IMG/VR virus record: IMGVR_UViG_3300033144_001700
Location: 270 to 64,269 of that record
Source: a virus
Lineage: Duplodnaviria; Caudoviricetes
Direction: 5' to 3' (one strand)
Length of the DNA: 64,000 nucleotides
The position numbers were made by a program, and so were the translations under genes. Shown here piece by piece: positions 10,480 through 20,012 of the stretch (its first letter is position 1; each line of letters begins with the position of its first letter). The notes beneath the pieces were generated by a model. The model was not told the DNA's origin. It saw only the letters and a list, made by a program, of their open reading frames with translations, and searched no databases.

Positions 10480-10830
10480 CTACTTGGTTGGTCGTGAGCC
10501 ACGCTTATGCGGTTCTGGCTCGTCTGGTGTCTCGTCTGGTGTCTCGTCTTTCGGCGGTGGCTTGTAAGCCTTCGGCGGCGTCGCAAGATTCGGCTTCTTT
10601 TTCGCTGCCAGCGCTTCCGGCGTCTTGTTCGGTTCGACCGGAGACGCCACCTGTTCTGCAACCGGTGGAGCGACGTGTCCCTTGCCGTCAGTTGACCAAA
10701 TCTCCGGTCGTGCCTCGATCAACTTCTTCCCAACCGCCTCTGACACTTCGCGTGTCTGGCCCGACACCCAACTCGTGCCGCCTTCAGTGAACGAAGCGTT
10801 AGGCGCGATCAACGTCAGTTTCATCTCCAA
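10480..10830 (-). CDS. Hypothetical virion-region protein (Pro/Lys-rich tail)
   Basis: AAGGAG RBS; lies between tail terminator and tail tube genes. Confidence 0.6.
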   Translation of the reverse strand: MEMKLTLIAPNASFTEGGTSWVSGQTREVSEAVGKKLIEARPEIWSTDGKGHVAPPVAEQVASPVEPNKTPEALAAKKKPNLATPPKAYKPPPKDETPDETPDEPEPHKRGSRPTK

Positions 10831-10836
10831 TCTCCT

Positions 10837-11280
10837 TTAACTGGCGTCGCCTGTACCGACCAGCACGTCGGCGACTAAAAGTTGCTCCCTGATGTCGTCA
10901 GTATCGTCCGCGATTCCTTCATGCGGCCCACTAATGATGTTTGAGAAATGCAAGAGGTACGTTGCGCCATCGCTCACGGTTGTCACCTTCGTGCGTCCGC
11001 GCTGGTGCAGTATCTGTCGCACCCATCTCTGCATCTTGTCGCACTCGTACACGCTCGGATGCTGACAGATGATGTCAACGTTCGCACGAATCGTCAAGGT
11101 GTACCGCTCCGGTGCTGATAACGGAGACTGTGAAATCGAGATGCTTCCGGCCTTCTGTTGATCACGGGTAGTCGGCCCGACAACGATTCCACCTTCCGCT
11201 AGCTCGCCAGGTGCCTGTGCTTCAAGCAACCTCTTGACGACCTCTGCGACGCTCGGCAGTGCTGGTGCGACCAACACCAT
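10837..11280 (-). CDS. Putative tail terminator/completion protein
   Basis: Size (147 aa) and synteny in the neck module. Confidence 0.55.
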   Translation of the reverse strand: MVLVAPALPSVAEVVKRLLEAQAPGELAEGGIVVGPTTRDQQKAGSISISQSPLSAPERYTLTIRANVDIICQHPSVYECDKMQRWVRQILHQRGRTKVTTVSDGATYLLHFSNIISGPHEGIADDTDDIREQLLVADVLVGTGDAS

Positions 11281-11696
11281 CAGGTGATCCCTTCTTGCGC
11301 CAGCGCCATCCTGAATCTCGCGCCTGCGCCCTCGATCGCAACATCGAACGCTGGCTTCATAAACGGGTGAAGTCTTTCTTCGTATTTGGCGTAACTGATC
11401 AGCGAGCCGACCAACACCGTGACGACACCGCCTTTGACGTTGGCGGCGCGCAGTCCTTGGACTTCGCCGTCCTTTGCCACGGCTTCATCGCCCTGTCCTC
11501 GGTACTCTTCATCGAACGTGTGGATCGAGCGTGACAGTGTACCGGTGATCCGGTGAACGCGTATCTTCGCTTCACTGGCGGCGTGCTCAGCAATCGCCAG
11601 CGTCGCACGCTCACACGCTCGTGTGACCTCACGCGATCTCTTGCCGCCATCCCATCGGATGATCACGCCACCGCCTAGCGGCTGTACAACTGGCAT
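11280..11696 (-). CDS. HK97 gp10-like neck protein
   Basis: TGTLSRSI and YAKYEE...PFMKPA motifs. Confidence 0.75.
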   Translation of the reverse strand: MPVVQPLGGGVIIRWDGGKRSREVTRACERATLAIAEHAASEAKIRVHRITGTLSRSIHTFDEEYRGQGDEAVAKDGEVQGLRAANVKGGVVTVLVGSLISYAKYEERLHPFMKPAFDVAIEGAGARFRMALAQEGIT

Positions 11697-12067
11697 CAGA
11701 CCGTACTCGTCTCGACAAACGACTGTGCCATCACTTCGTAGTGGTGTCTGCCTATCAAGCCGTCCTGACGTTTGACGTGCAACACATCGATGTCTTTCCC
11801 TATCACAGAGCCGGAACTATCTTCGATCCTGTCGATGTGATCACCTTCCACCAGGTTAGCGTCCGCGCCAACGAAAATCCTGAACTGTAAGAACAGCGTA
11901 TCGCTGAGACTGTTCGTTGACCTCTCACCTTCGCCACTCGGCGTGTCCAGGCGGCAACGTACCGCCCGCTCCGGTTGCTCGGACTCAACCGTGCCACCGA
12001 ACGGATCAATCGACTGGTCAACCGACCTGACGTATGCCGTGTGGATTAGAAGGTTCTCGAAGGTCAT
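11696..12067 (-). CDS. Head-closure/stopper protein
   Basis: DPFGG...VRCRL...GDHI...HHYEV pattern and synteny. Confidence 0.65.
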   Translation of the reverse strand: MTFENLLIHTAYVRSVDQSIDPFGGTVESEQPERAVRCRLDTPSGEGERSTNSLSDTLFLQFRIFVGADANLVEGDHIDRIEDSSGSVIGKDIDVLHVKRQDGLIGRHHYEVMAQSFVETSTV

Positions 12068-12073
12068 CTCAGT

Positions 12074-12427
12074 CTACCTCGACGGCGGCTCGAACACTGC
12101 TATCGTTGCGTCGGCGAAGTCTTCCCAATCAACGTACACCTTGCCGATGTCGGCACCGCTGTTCTGGTTGTAGAGGTCAGGCGGGAACGGCCCGATCAAC
12201 CGTTCAGTTGTCGCTGGAACGGAGACAACCTTATCGGCGATCCCCTGTCCGTCAACCTCTAACGGCGTCTGGAACGTTACCGTCTTCGCCGCCACATCAG
12301 CGTTGTTCACGATAATGAACGTCCGACCGGTGTTGATGAACATATTCCCATCGGTGTCTGCTGCCGCGAGCGTTGTCGCTATCCCGCTCTTCGACAATCC
12401 AGTGGCTACTGTATTTGCTCTGACCAT
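12074..12427 (-). CDS. Virion-region protein, paralog 2 of tandem pair
   Basis: Highly similar to 12456..12800 (GIATTLAAA.TDGNMF.N.GRTF..VNNADVAAKT; ATTERLIGPFPP). Confidence 0.8.
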   Translation of the reverse strand: MVRANTVATGLSKSGIATTLAAADTDGNMFINTGRTFIIVNNADVAAKTVTFQTPLEVDGQGIADKVVSVPATTERLIGPFPPDLYNQNSGADIGKVYVDWEDFADATIAVFEPPSR

Positions 12428-12455
12428 GCTCTCTCACTCCTTTGGGTTTACCGGT

Positions 12456-12800
12456 CTATGGCTCGAAGACTGCGAGTGTGGCGTCAGCGAAGTCCTCGAA
12501 ATCGATGTAAACTCGACCGGCATCTGCACCGCCGACTTGGTTGTACGTGGCCGGTGGGAACGGCCCGATCAACCGTTCAGTTGTCGCGGCGACGCTAATG
12601 ATCAACTCGTCCACCAGGTTACCGCCCTCTGTTCGTGGCGTCTGGAAAGTGAATGTCTTCGCGGCTACGTCGGCGTTGTTCACAACGACGAATGTCCGGC
12701 CTGAGTTGTCGAACATATTCCCATCGGTGTGAGCGGCGGCGAGCGTCGTGGCGATACCGGCGATCGACAGCTTGGTCGATGCGATCAGGGTTCTTACCAT
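12456..12800 (-). CDS. Virion-region protein, paralog 1 of tandem pair
   Basis: Highly similar to 12074..12427. Confidence 0.8.
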   Translation of the reverse strand: MVRTLIASTKLSIAGIATTLAAAHTDGNMFDNSGRTFVVVNNADVAAKTFTFQTPRTEGGNLVDELIISVAATTERLIGPFPPATYNQVGGADAGRVYIDFEDFADATLAVFEP

Positions 12801-13444
12801 TAGGTGCTCCTTATCGCATAGCGTCGGTGCTGTTGAACCGCGCTCTGCGCACTGGACGGGAAGTCCTCAGACTGCTCGTCATCACTGTTAATCGTGTAGC
12901 TGTACGATCCCAAACGCTCGCTCTTCAAGTTGCTCGCGTCAGTCGTACTCCGTGTGTACTTGAAAGCTGCGATCGCGGCGACAGCATCGCGCACGTCCGC
13001 TGGTACCGCCGCTGCGTTAGGCGTGTAAGCGACCTCAACACGAGCGGCCTGACGCGCACGCGTTCTGACCTGTGCGCCTGACAGCCCCACCACATCAGCG
13101 GTCGTGATGCGGATCAGCCGGATACGTGTATCGCCCCACCGATCTGTCTCGATCGCGTAGTTGGTGTCTGCTATCAGCGATTCGCCGATGCTGCCGGACG
13201 CGTAGAACAGCGTCACAACGACAGCGGACGGCGATCGGTTCTTCAGCCAAAGCGTCTCGTCATCGCGGACGTTGTAGAACGTCTCCGTAACGGTACCGCT
13301 CGCGTCATAGTTGGTGCCGGTAGCGTTCGCCCACCACGCCTCAGCAGCCGCCAGCGCCTTGACAAGATCGTCCTCGAAAGGATCGCCCTCATCGCTATGG
13401 CGTTTCAGCAGCCGCTTGATGTCTTCGATCGTGGCGAGTGCCAT
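12800..13444 (-). CDS. Head-to-tail adaptor
   Basis: LATIEDIK N-terminus; VPADVRDAV and KSERLGSYSYT motifs typical of gp6/gp15-like connectors. Confidence 0.8.
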   Translation of the reverse strand: MALATIEDIKRLLKRHSDEGDPFEDDLVKALAAAEAWWANATGTNYDASGTVTETFYNVRDDETLWLKNRSPSAVVVTLFYASGSIGESLIADTNYAIETDRWGDTRIRLIRITTADVVGLSGAQVRTRARQAARVEVAYTPNAAAVPADVRDAVAAIAAFKYTRSTTDASNLKSERLGSYSYTINSDDEQSEDFPSSAQSAVQQHRRYAIRST

Positions 13445-13447
13445 CGT

Positions 13448-13840
13448 CTAGAATCCGTCTTCGCTATCGATGATCACAGTTATCGACACAACTTTCGAGT
13501 CGCCGCCTTGATCGATCGTGAGTAGCAAATGACCACCGACCAAGTTGTAGTCGAACTCACCGTCTGTGAGTGTGCCGGAAATGTCGGTGCCGCCTTCGTC
13601 TTGAACAAGGGACTTCACTTGCTTGATCCCAACGTCTGTGTTGACATCGGTCAACGTGACCAGGTTGCGTGTGCCTGACGGCGCTGGCATCACGCAGTCT
13701 AGCGTCAAGTCAGTCCCTGCCGGAGACGTTGCATCGTAGTTAACCGCAAAGCCGATGAACTTGCCCCACGGGATTCCCTTGGTCGCGGTGCCGTCGCCAT
13801 CGGCGTCGGTCGTGACTTCAAGTTCGTAAACGCGGAGCAT
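13448..13840 (-). CDS. Hypothetical structural protein
   Basis: Beta-rich 130 aa ORF coupled to its neighbours in the head module. Confidence 0.65.
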   Translation of the reverse strand: MLRVYELEVTTDADGDGTATKGIPWGKFIGFAVNYDATSPAGTDLTLDCVMPAPSGTRNLVTLTDVNTDVGIKQVKSLVQDEGGTDISGTLTDGEFDYNLVGGHLLLTIDQGGDSKVVSITVIIDSEDGF

Positions 13841-14574
13841 TACGAGCTAGCCTTCCGCGACCGGCGTCCGCGCTTGCCCTTTTTCTTAGGGGCTGGCAGA
13901 TCGTCGGTTGTCATCGTCCCGGTTTTTGCGTTCGGAGACTCACGCCCTTCAAACGGCTTGTCGTAGTCTTCAGCGGCTTCCCGCTCAGAGAGTGCGTCAG
14001 CAGCGCTCTCGGCTTCTTCATCATCCCCATCACCAGCGCCACCGTCTGCATCAGCATCGTCGGGTGATACGACGGTCTCGGTGGCGGCGTCCGCGCCGGT
14101 ATCACTGGTCGTGGCTGAGTCCTCAGCACCATCGTCTTCAGCCTCTCCCTTGCTGTTGTCAGCAACAAGCTCGCCCAACTCTTCCGGTATCTCTAGTTCC
14201 GGTTCAGGGAAGTCCTGCGGGTCAAACACCTGACCGTGCGCCCTCAACTCGTGAGCGTCGCGAGTACCAGGCGTGCCAAGCGCCCACATCGTACACTCGA
14301 ATCCCGGCACGCCGCGTTGTGCCAAGTCCTTGTACCGACACTCAAATCCCTTGCCGTGCTGTCGTGCGTTCGCACTGGCTTCGTACAGTACGGTCTCACG
14401 CTCCGTAGCTTCGTCGTCGGTGATCTTCCGGACTTGAACACCGAAGACCACGCGCCGCGCCGCTGCGACCAACGCGGCATCTTCGACAATGTAAAGGCCG
14501 GGTTGAAACCGGTGCTTATCGTAGCCCCACCGGTTCAGCTTGTCGCTGACCTCTAGTTCGTACTTCTGTGCCAT
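13840..14574 (-). CDS. Hypothetical protein with acidic linker and basic C-terminus
   Basis: AAAGGAG RBS; 244 aa. Confidence 0.7.
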   Translation of the reverse strand: MAQKYELEVSDKLNRWGYDKHRFQPGLYIVEDAALVAAARRVVFGVQVRKITDDEATERETVLYEASANARQHGKGFECRYKDLAQRGVPGFECTMWALGTPGTRDAHELRAHGQVFDPQDFPEPELEIPEELGELVADNSKGEAEDDGAEDSATTSDTGADAATETVVSPDDADADGGAGDGDDEEAESAADALSEREAAEDYDKPFEGRESPNAKTGTMTTDDLPAPKKKGKRGRRSRKASS

Positions 14575-14609
14575 CGTTGTCTATCTCCTTTCGAGTATGA
14601 CCGGACGGC

Positions 14610-15635
14610 TTATCCGATTGCGAGGATGTGAATGGTGTCGGTCGTGGCCCAATCGATAGTGCCACCATTTTCGAGCAAGATGGCGTCGGGGAAATCGCCG
14701 GAACCGGCGATCACTGTGGTCGCGCCGCCCCATAGCTGAGTCGCGTTCGCTGCGGCAGTTTCCTTCTGGATGCCAGTCGCGGTGACCTTGACCTGTACGT
14801 GGACGAACACCGGAGTGAAGTCCACCGGGAAGATCATCTCTGCCGCCGTGACCTCTGCCGCTGTCGGCACACGCGTGAGCGCGACGATCTGACGCGACAC
14901 CGGATCGGCACCGCCAGCCAGCGCCACTGCATCGAAGACGTTGGTCGCTCCATTGAACGTCTCGGTCGTGGCCAAAGCCAGCACACCGATCGCCCTAGCT
15001 GCGATCACCAGGTCGTTGTCGTTGCGGCCCAAGGCGGTGACCAGTCCAGCCTGATCGGACTGAATGAACCGCGCGGGATTGGTCACGCCATCGACGGCGC
15101 TGATCGCTCCATCGTTGATGATCGCCGCAAGCGCGTCAGTGAAGAGCGCTGCTGTGAGACCGGCAGCGTTTGTCGGGACGCTGATCCTGTCAACCGGTCG
15201 AGCGTTCGACTGGTTGATCGTGGTCGTGTCAACGTGTGTTGCGGCTGTCGTGCCTGCCCAACCACGGATGACCGTGAACCGTGCGTTCTCAGCAGCGGCT
15301 CCGATGTTCTGAATCGCTGTGACAAGCAACCACTCCGTCTCGACTTCAAGGATGTCACCCACGAGGACAGGGATCGCCCAAACGCCAACGTCCGCCAGGA
15401 TGAACGTCTGGTCGTCAGTCATGCCGCCGACTTGTTCGACTTCCTGCGCCGTGTCGGTGTCGATGATATCGACCTCGAACACGTCAGTGCCGATGGTAAC
15501 TGTGTCGCCGTCAACGACATCCTCTTCGACGCGCATGATGCCGACCGCTCGTTCGCCTACGTCGTTCAGCAGAGCGCGGAGGTTGTTCAAACGTGCAAAA
15601 CCTCGACCGAAGTCGAAGGTCAGTGCCTTACTCAT
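14610..15635 (-). CDS. Putative capsid decoration/fibre protein
   Basis: Follows the major capsid gene; Thr/Ala/Val-rich; RGWAGTTAATH motif; AAAGGAG RBS. Confidence 0.55.
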   Translation of the reverse strand: MSKALTFDFGRGFARLNNLRALLNDVGERAVGIMRVEEDVVDGDTVTIGTDVFEVDIIDTDTAQEVEQVGGMTDDQTFILADVGVWAIPVLVGDILEVETEWLLVTAIQNIGAAAENARFTVIRGWAGTTAATHVDTTTINQSNARPVDRISVPTNAAGLTAALFTDALAAIINDGAISAVDGVTNPARFIQSDQAGLVTALGRNDNDLVIAARAIGVLALATTETFNGATNVFDAVALAGGADPVSRQIVALTRVPTAAEVTAAEMIFPVDFTPVFVHVQVKVTATGIQKETAAANATQLWGGATTVIAGSGDFPDAILLENGGTIDWATTDTIHILAIG

Positions 15636-15734
15636 TTTCTGTGCTCCTTTCGAGCCGCACCGTTATGGTGCCTGTTTCTCGGCTGACCCCTAAAGGTCGC
15701 CAGTCCGTTTGGTTGTTTGCTGATTGTGGTGATC

Positions 15735-15775
15735 GGTGCGCCGGTAGCCGAAGGAGATCAAACTACCGGCGCACC
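15735..15775. terminator. 13-bp perfect hairpin after the major capsid gene (terminator/stabiliser)
   Basis: GGTGCGCCGGTAG (15735-15747) / CTACCGGCGCACC (15763-15775); no clear U-tract. Confidence 0.55.
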
Positions 15776-15794
15776 TATAACCTTAGCCGTACCT

Positions 15795-16745
15795 CTATGG
15801 CTCCACGTTGACGTTGGTGGCGATTGCGGTCGCCTCCGGAACGGCAAGTGCCGGAGCAACACGACTGTTCAGGATGAAGCTCGTCACGCCCTCACGAGGA
15901 TCGCGGTACGTCTCCATCTTGATCATCCGCTGGAATCCGGCGTACAGGTTGCTCTTGTGGGTCAAGAGAACCTGTGCGGTGTCCGGTGATCCGGCTGTGA
16001 TCGGGAAGTTCGCGACTCCCTTGATCAAGATGCCTTGGTACCGAAGCTCGTTGACGCCGACCAGCGACAGGTCGCCCAACGGCGTGCCACGAGCGGCCAG
16101 CTTGTCGCGGTACGTCTCGACCAAACGGCGAGGTGCGTAGTACCTCATGTTGGCCATATCGCGCTTGAACCGATCGGGGATGTCCACGAGCAAGCGCTTG
16201 AACGTGGCCTGATAGTCCTGACCGTTGGCTGTGGCGTCGAAAACGTTGCCGCCTGCGCCCTGTGCCAGCACGATCCATCCATCCGCCAGGGCGAGGAACG
16301 TGTCACCACTGTTCTCGTCGCCTGCGATGAAAAGCTCTTCGATGTCGCGGCCAGCGGCCTCGGCGATCATCGTCATTATCGTGTCGCCGAACCCCTGCTG
16401 TTCGACTTGATCCTCGAAGACCTCATCGGAAATCGGAACCTCACCACGGATCAAGACGCTGTTCATCTCGACCAGGCCAGTCGAACCCGCCTCGCGGTCG
16501 CCGTCTACGAGACGCGTGGCCTCAGTACCGGCGTGCATGATGCGGTTGCCGAACTCGATCTTCGATTCCTGCCACTGCGGTGCGTTGTTCTTGATCGTGC
16601 GCACGTCAGAGAGCATATCCTGCGGTGTGATCGCGATCCGCAGGAACTCATCGATCTGCTCAATCGCCAACGGCGCTTCACCGGCACCACCGAAGTCGGT
16701 CGTGTCCATCGTCGCCTTGGCAAGCAAGTCTTTGTTGTTAATCAT
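15795..16745 (-). CDS. Major capsid protein (HK97 fold, XkdG-like)
   Basis: 316 aa; GEVPISDEVFEDQVE, AGRDIEELFIAGD and IPDRFKR motifs; follows scaffold-like genes. Confidence 0.88.
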   Translation of the reverse strand: MINNKDLLAKATMDTTDFGGAGEAPLAIEQIDEFLRIAITPQDMLSDVRTIKNNAPQWQESKIEFGNRIMHAGTEATRLVDGDREAGSTGLVEMNSVLIRGEVPISDEVFEDQVEQQGFGDTIMTMIAEAAGRDIEELFIAGDENSGDTFLALADGWIVLAQGAGGNVFDATANGQDYQATFKRLLVDIPDRFKRDMANMRYYAPRRLVETYRDKLAARGTPLGDLSLVGVNELRYQGILIKGVANFPITAGSPDTAQVLLTHKSNLYAGFQRMIKMETYRDPREGVTSFILNSRVAPALAVPEATAIATNVNVEP

Positions 16746-16781
16746 TAAACGTGATCTCCCTTCAGAGAATTTGGTGACTGA

Positions 16782-17246
16782 CTAGGTCAGTCGGACTTTG
16801 CCGCCTGTGCGCATCCGCTTGACCGCACTGTCGAAGATGCCGGAGCCGACCCTGCTCTTTTCGAGCTTCTTGTCGCCCTTGTCGCCGTCCTGCTCGTCGT
16901 CATCGCCGCGTGACTGGCGGATGCCGAAAGCCTTCTCCATCACCGCAAGGCGGTCGATGGTCTTGTCCAGAGCCTCGCGGTTGGTCTCGCCGTCAACGAT
17001 GACCTCGGCCATCTTCGCGACGATCTCGCCAGGTTTGGTGTCGGTCGCCTCGTCAGCCGGAACCAAGAGCTTTTCGATCGCGGTCATTCGCGTACCGAAG
17101 TCCTCTAGGCCTTTGACGATCTTGTCCGCCGTCTCTTTCGAGATGCCTGCGCCGGACTTGTCCCCATCGTCGTCGTCGTCGCCCTTCTTGTTCAGGGCGT
17201 CGCTGAACGATGCAGAAAGCTCTTTCAGCATTTCCTCGAACTTCAT
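16782..17246 (-). CDS. Putative scaffolding protein
   Basis: Charged helical protein immediately upstream of the capsid gene; AAAGGA RBS. Confidence 0.55.
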   Translation of the reverse strand: MKFEEMLKELSASFSDALNKKGDDDDDGDKSGAGISKETADKIVKGLEDFGTRMTAIEKLLVPADEATDTKPGEIVAKMAEVIVDGETNREALDKTIDRLAVMEKAFGIRQSRGDDDEQDGDKGDKKLEKSRVGSGIFDSAVKRMRTGGKVRLT

Positions 17247-17301
17247 CGCTGTCCTTTCCTTCCCGTTGTTTCTCTAGGCTAGGTTGGTGCTGTGGTTCGT
17301 T

Positions 17302-17949
17302 CTAAGCGCTCTCAGCGCTCGCCGCCGCTGCCTCAGCCAACTTGCCCTCGTACTCCTTGTTGAGCGCCTTGACGCTCTCCTTGAAGCTGCTGGCCAGCTT
17401 AGACACCGCCGACTGGAAGCCGTCTTTCTTCTCGGCCTTGGTCGCCTTCGATTTGACGATCACGCCGACCTCTTCAACGAAGTCAGGCCAGTGCGCTTCC
17501 ATCGCCTTCGCTGTGACGTACTCTTCCTGTGCCTCGGCTTCCTTGTCACCGAAGAGTTTGATCATCCGCCCCAGGCGAGCGATCAGTCCCGACTTCTGAG
17601 CCGGTTCGTCGTCCTTGGTGAAGCCTTCCGACTTCAACCACTCAGCGACCTTCGCCGCAGCGCTCTTGACTGACGCCGGAGCCTTGGCGAGATTGGCGCT
17701 GGAAAGAGCGCGAGCCAAACCCGCGTTCTTCTCAACGTTCTCGTCAGAACTCTTCATCAACGCGTCTAGAGCCTCAGCGTCGAGCTTATCTGCCACTCCC
17801 GTTGCTCCTTTCACCAATTCAATCCAGCCTTCCTCTTCATTAGCCGGATGATCTACACCACTCGTTTCTTTCCAGAGGATGTCTGCCAAACCGCGCATCG
17901 GTCGCCGCGAGAAGAATCCAGTCGTGTTCCCGCCGCTTGCTTTGTTCAT
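17302..17949 (-). CDS. Head assembly protein (protease-associated/scaffold-like)
   Basis: ETSGVDHPAN resembles the E-V-S-x-V-D-x-P-A-N motif of head-maturation proteins; ATG overlaps the upstream stop. Confidence 0.6.
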   Translation of the reverse strand: MNKASGGNTTGFFSRRPMRGLADILWKETSGVDHPANEEEGWIELVKGATGVADKLDAEALDALMKSSDENVEKNAGLARALSSANLAKAPASVKSAAAKVAEWLKSEGFTKDDEPAQKSGLIARLGRMIKLFGDKEAEAQEEYVTAKAMEAHWPDFVEEVGVIVKSKATKAEKKDGFQSAVSKLASSFKESVKALNKEYEGKLAEAAAASAESA

Positions 17950-18902
17950 GCTGGTACTCTCTTTGCCCTGCCGCCGAACGACAGTCCTCGAATCTTGCCA
18001 GCCTTGACCAACGGCCACGCCCACTCGTTCCACTGGACGCCCATATAGATGGAGTTGGCCGGGATCGTACGCTTGATCAAAGTGTCGTCTGCGTTCTTGA
18101 AATCGAACGTCGCTTCCTGCGGCCAGGTGACAAGCTCAACCCACTCACCGGCCTTGCGGAATCCGAACACCGACTGACCGTGCTGAATGAAAATCGAGCG
18201 GTCGCCGCTCTTGACGTGCTTCCACGTCGCGTCGCGTAGCTCATCGGCTGTGGCGAACTCGTTGTGAGCGTCTGTCTCAGGCGAGGACTCGTGGTTGGTC
18301 GCTTTGTACACTACCGTAAACGTGAAGCGGTTACGGTCGGCTGACGCCTTGCTCAGTGCGTCTGGTGCGCATCCGTCGATGCCCCACACTTGCGGATCGA
18401 TCTCGTAGCCGTCCGCCTTGCTGACCGCGCCGGTCGGACGGAAAAGCATACAGTAATCGTCGGCTTCGATGGTGCCGGACACCAGGTCGCACTCGTCTTC
18501 GTTCTGGAAGAACTGGCACTTGCCACAGTGCTGACCGACTTCTAGCTCGTGCGCCCAGGCCTCGCGGTACTCGATCATCTTCTTGTCGATCTTGCGAGTA
18601 TAGATGGTGCCGCTGGCTACGGAGTCGGCTAGCTTCTCTAGCACCGCGTACTCGCTGTCAGCGTGGACTAGCGACCAGCCCTGTGTGAAGCCAGCCGGTA
18701 CCATCGGCGGGTGCATCACGACGCGGCCTTCAGCCTTCAGCACTCGGTGTACCTCAGCCAGCACCGGTTCGTAATCGTCAACGCCTGTGAAGTCCATCTC
18801 GACCACGGCAACCTGACCGTCTTTGATCGGCTGTTCTAGCACCGCGTCTAAACGTATACGGACGCCATCGACAGCGGCATCCTCAAAATCTTCGTATTCC
18901 AC
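17946..18902 (-). CDS. XkdF-like putative prohead protease with HiPIP-like Cys motif
   Basis: DAHNEFAT, QHG and W..VKAGKIRGLSFGG XkdF-type motifs; CGKCQFF...CDLVSGTIEADDYCMLF four-Cys segment. Confidence 0.75.
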   Translation of the reverse strand: MEYEDFEDAAVDGVRIRLDAVLEQPIKDGQVAVVEMDFTGVDDYEPVLAEVHRVLKAEGRVVMHPPMVPAGFTQGWSLVHADSEYAVLEKLADSVASGTIYTRKIDKKMIEYREAWAHELEVGQHCGKCQFFQNEDECDLVSGTIEADDYCMLFRPTGAVSKADGYEIDPQVWGIDGCAPDALSKASADRNRFTFTVVYKATNHESSPETDAHNEFATADELRDATWKHVKSGDRSIFIQHGQSVFGFRKAGEWVELVTWPQEATFDFKNADDTLIKRTIPANSIYMGVQWNEWAWPLVKAGKIRGLSFGGRAKRVPA

Positions 18903-18927
18903 GTCCTAGTTTCGACGCGAGACGGGC

Positions 18928-18964
18928 AAAGGAAAAGGGCCGGAGCGTTATCGGCTCCGGCCCT
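18928..18964 (-). terminator. Rho-independent terminator
   Basis: AGGGCCGGAGC/GCTCCGGCCCT stem followed by TTTTCCTTT on the minus strand. Confidence 0.85.
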
Positions 18965-18990
18965 GTATGGTCTGGTTCACACCCTCGTGT

Positions 18991-19893
18991 CTACATCCTC
19001 TCTACGGCGTCACGGTTGGCGCTGACCAGTTTCGCGACATCGCCACCGTACCCAACGGCCTGTGCATCCTCACCACGCGCCCTAGCCTCAACCACGCGCG
19101 TCAGGTCGCACACGCCACAGTTGCTGATCGCGTGTACGTCGCATCCTGCGTTCAAGTTCGCGGTGACGGCTGCGCTCGTTGCGATGCGGTCAGCCTCTTG
19201 ACCGTACGGGATGCCGTAGTTGCCAGCGCAAGTCGGCCCGACACCAGCGAGGATGCTGGCGGGTACCGTCAGCGTGCGACCGCAGATGTAGCAGTTGCCT
19301 GACTCCAAAGCGTAGGCGTAACCCATCGCGCGCATCTCGGTGCGGTCTTGAGCCAGCAACGCTGACAGAGCCTGCACCATCGTCGTGTCGTTCCGGTACG
19401 CGCGCTTCAGGATCACTTGGTTGCTGTTAGGACGCGTGTAGGCGACGCTCTGGAAGCTGGTCTCGTTGTCTGGCCCGACCAGCAACTTGATGCTGCGCTG
19501 GCCCGCCAGGTTAGCGTTGCCGATCCAGTTCAAGCTCTGCGCCTCAGAGATGACTGGCCCGATCTTGAACGTCCGGCGAGTAGGGCTGAACTGAACTTGG
19601 CGAACGATCGTGTAGGTGCCGACCACGTTGTCGAGCAACGTACCGATCGCGTCGGGATCGCGAAGCTCACTGCCGTTGATGTGCGTGGTGTGGAAGAACG
19701 TCATCCCACCGTCGCGGCTGATGCCGGTGGTCTCGCCGTCGAAGCGTACGCGGTCTCCAACGTTCAGAGCTTCCGTGGCGTTACACCGCGCGACCTCTGT
19801 CCAAAGGCGGCGGTTCTCTTGGCGAAGCGTGATGCCCACCATATCGTTGTCTCTTGGTGCGATCCGCGTGATCTCTACGTGCAGAGTGTCCAT
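18991..19893 (-). CDS. DUF6011-like zinc-binding protein
   Basis: CYICGRTLTVPASILAGVGPTC matches the C-x2-CGR-x-LT-x3-S...GIGP-x-C motif; AAGGAGCTAGGAA upstream. Confidence 0.75.
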   Translation of the reverse strand: MDTLHVEITRIAPRDNDMVGITLRQENRRLWTEVARCNATEALNVGDRVRFDGETTGISRDGGMTFFHTTHINGSELRDPDAIGTLLDNVVGTYTIVRQVQFSPTRRTFKIGPVISEAQSLNWIGNANLAGQRSIKLLVGPDNETSFQSVAYTRPNSNQVILKRAYRNDTTMVQALSALLAQDRTEMRAMGYAYALESGNCYICGRTLTVPASILAGVGPTCAGNYGIPYGQEADRIATSAAVTANLNAGCDVHAISNCGVCDLTRVVEARARGEDAQAVGYGGDVAKLVSANRDAVERM

Positions 19894-19905
19894 TTCCTAG
19901 CTCCT

Positions 19906-20004
19906 TTAGATCAGGGCGATGAATCCGCTGATCAGTTGTGTAATCGTGGAAGCTGCTACCATCTTGCTTCCGATCCTTGTGGTGAGTGCCTTGGTGTTCT
20001 TCAT
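19906..20004 (-). CDS. 32-aa peptide MKNTKALTTRIGSKMVAASTITQLISGFIALI (near-leaderless)
   Basis: ATG 8 nt after the -10 box; stop abuts the AAGGAGCTAGG motif; shares the MKNT start with ORFs at 28740 and 49444. Confidence 0.55.
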   Translation of the reverse strand: MKNTKALTTRIGSKMVAASTITQLISGFIALI

Positions 20005-20012
20005 CTGATGTG

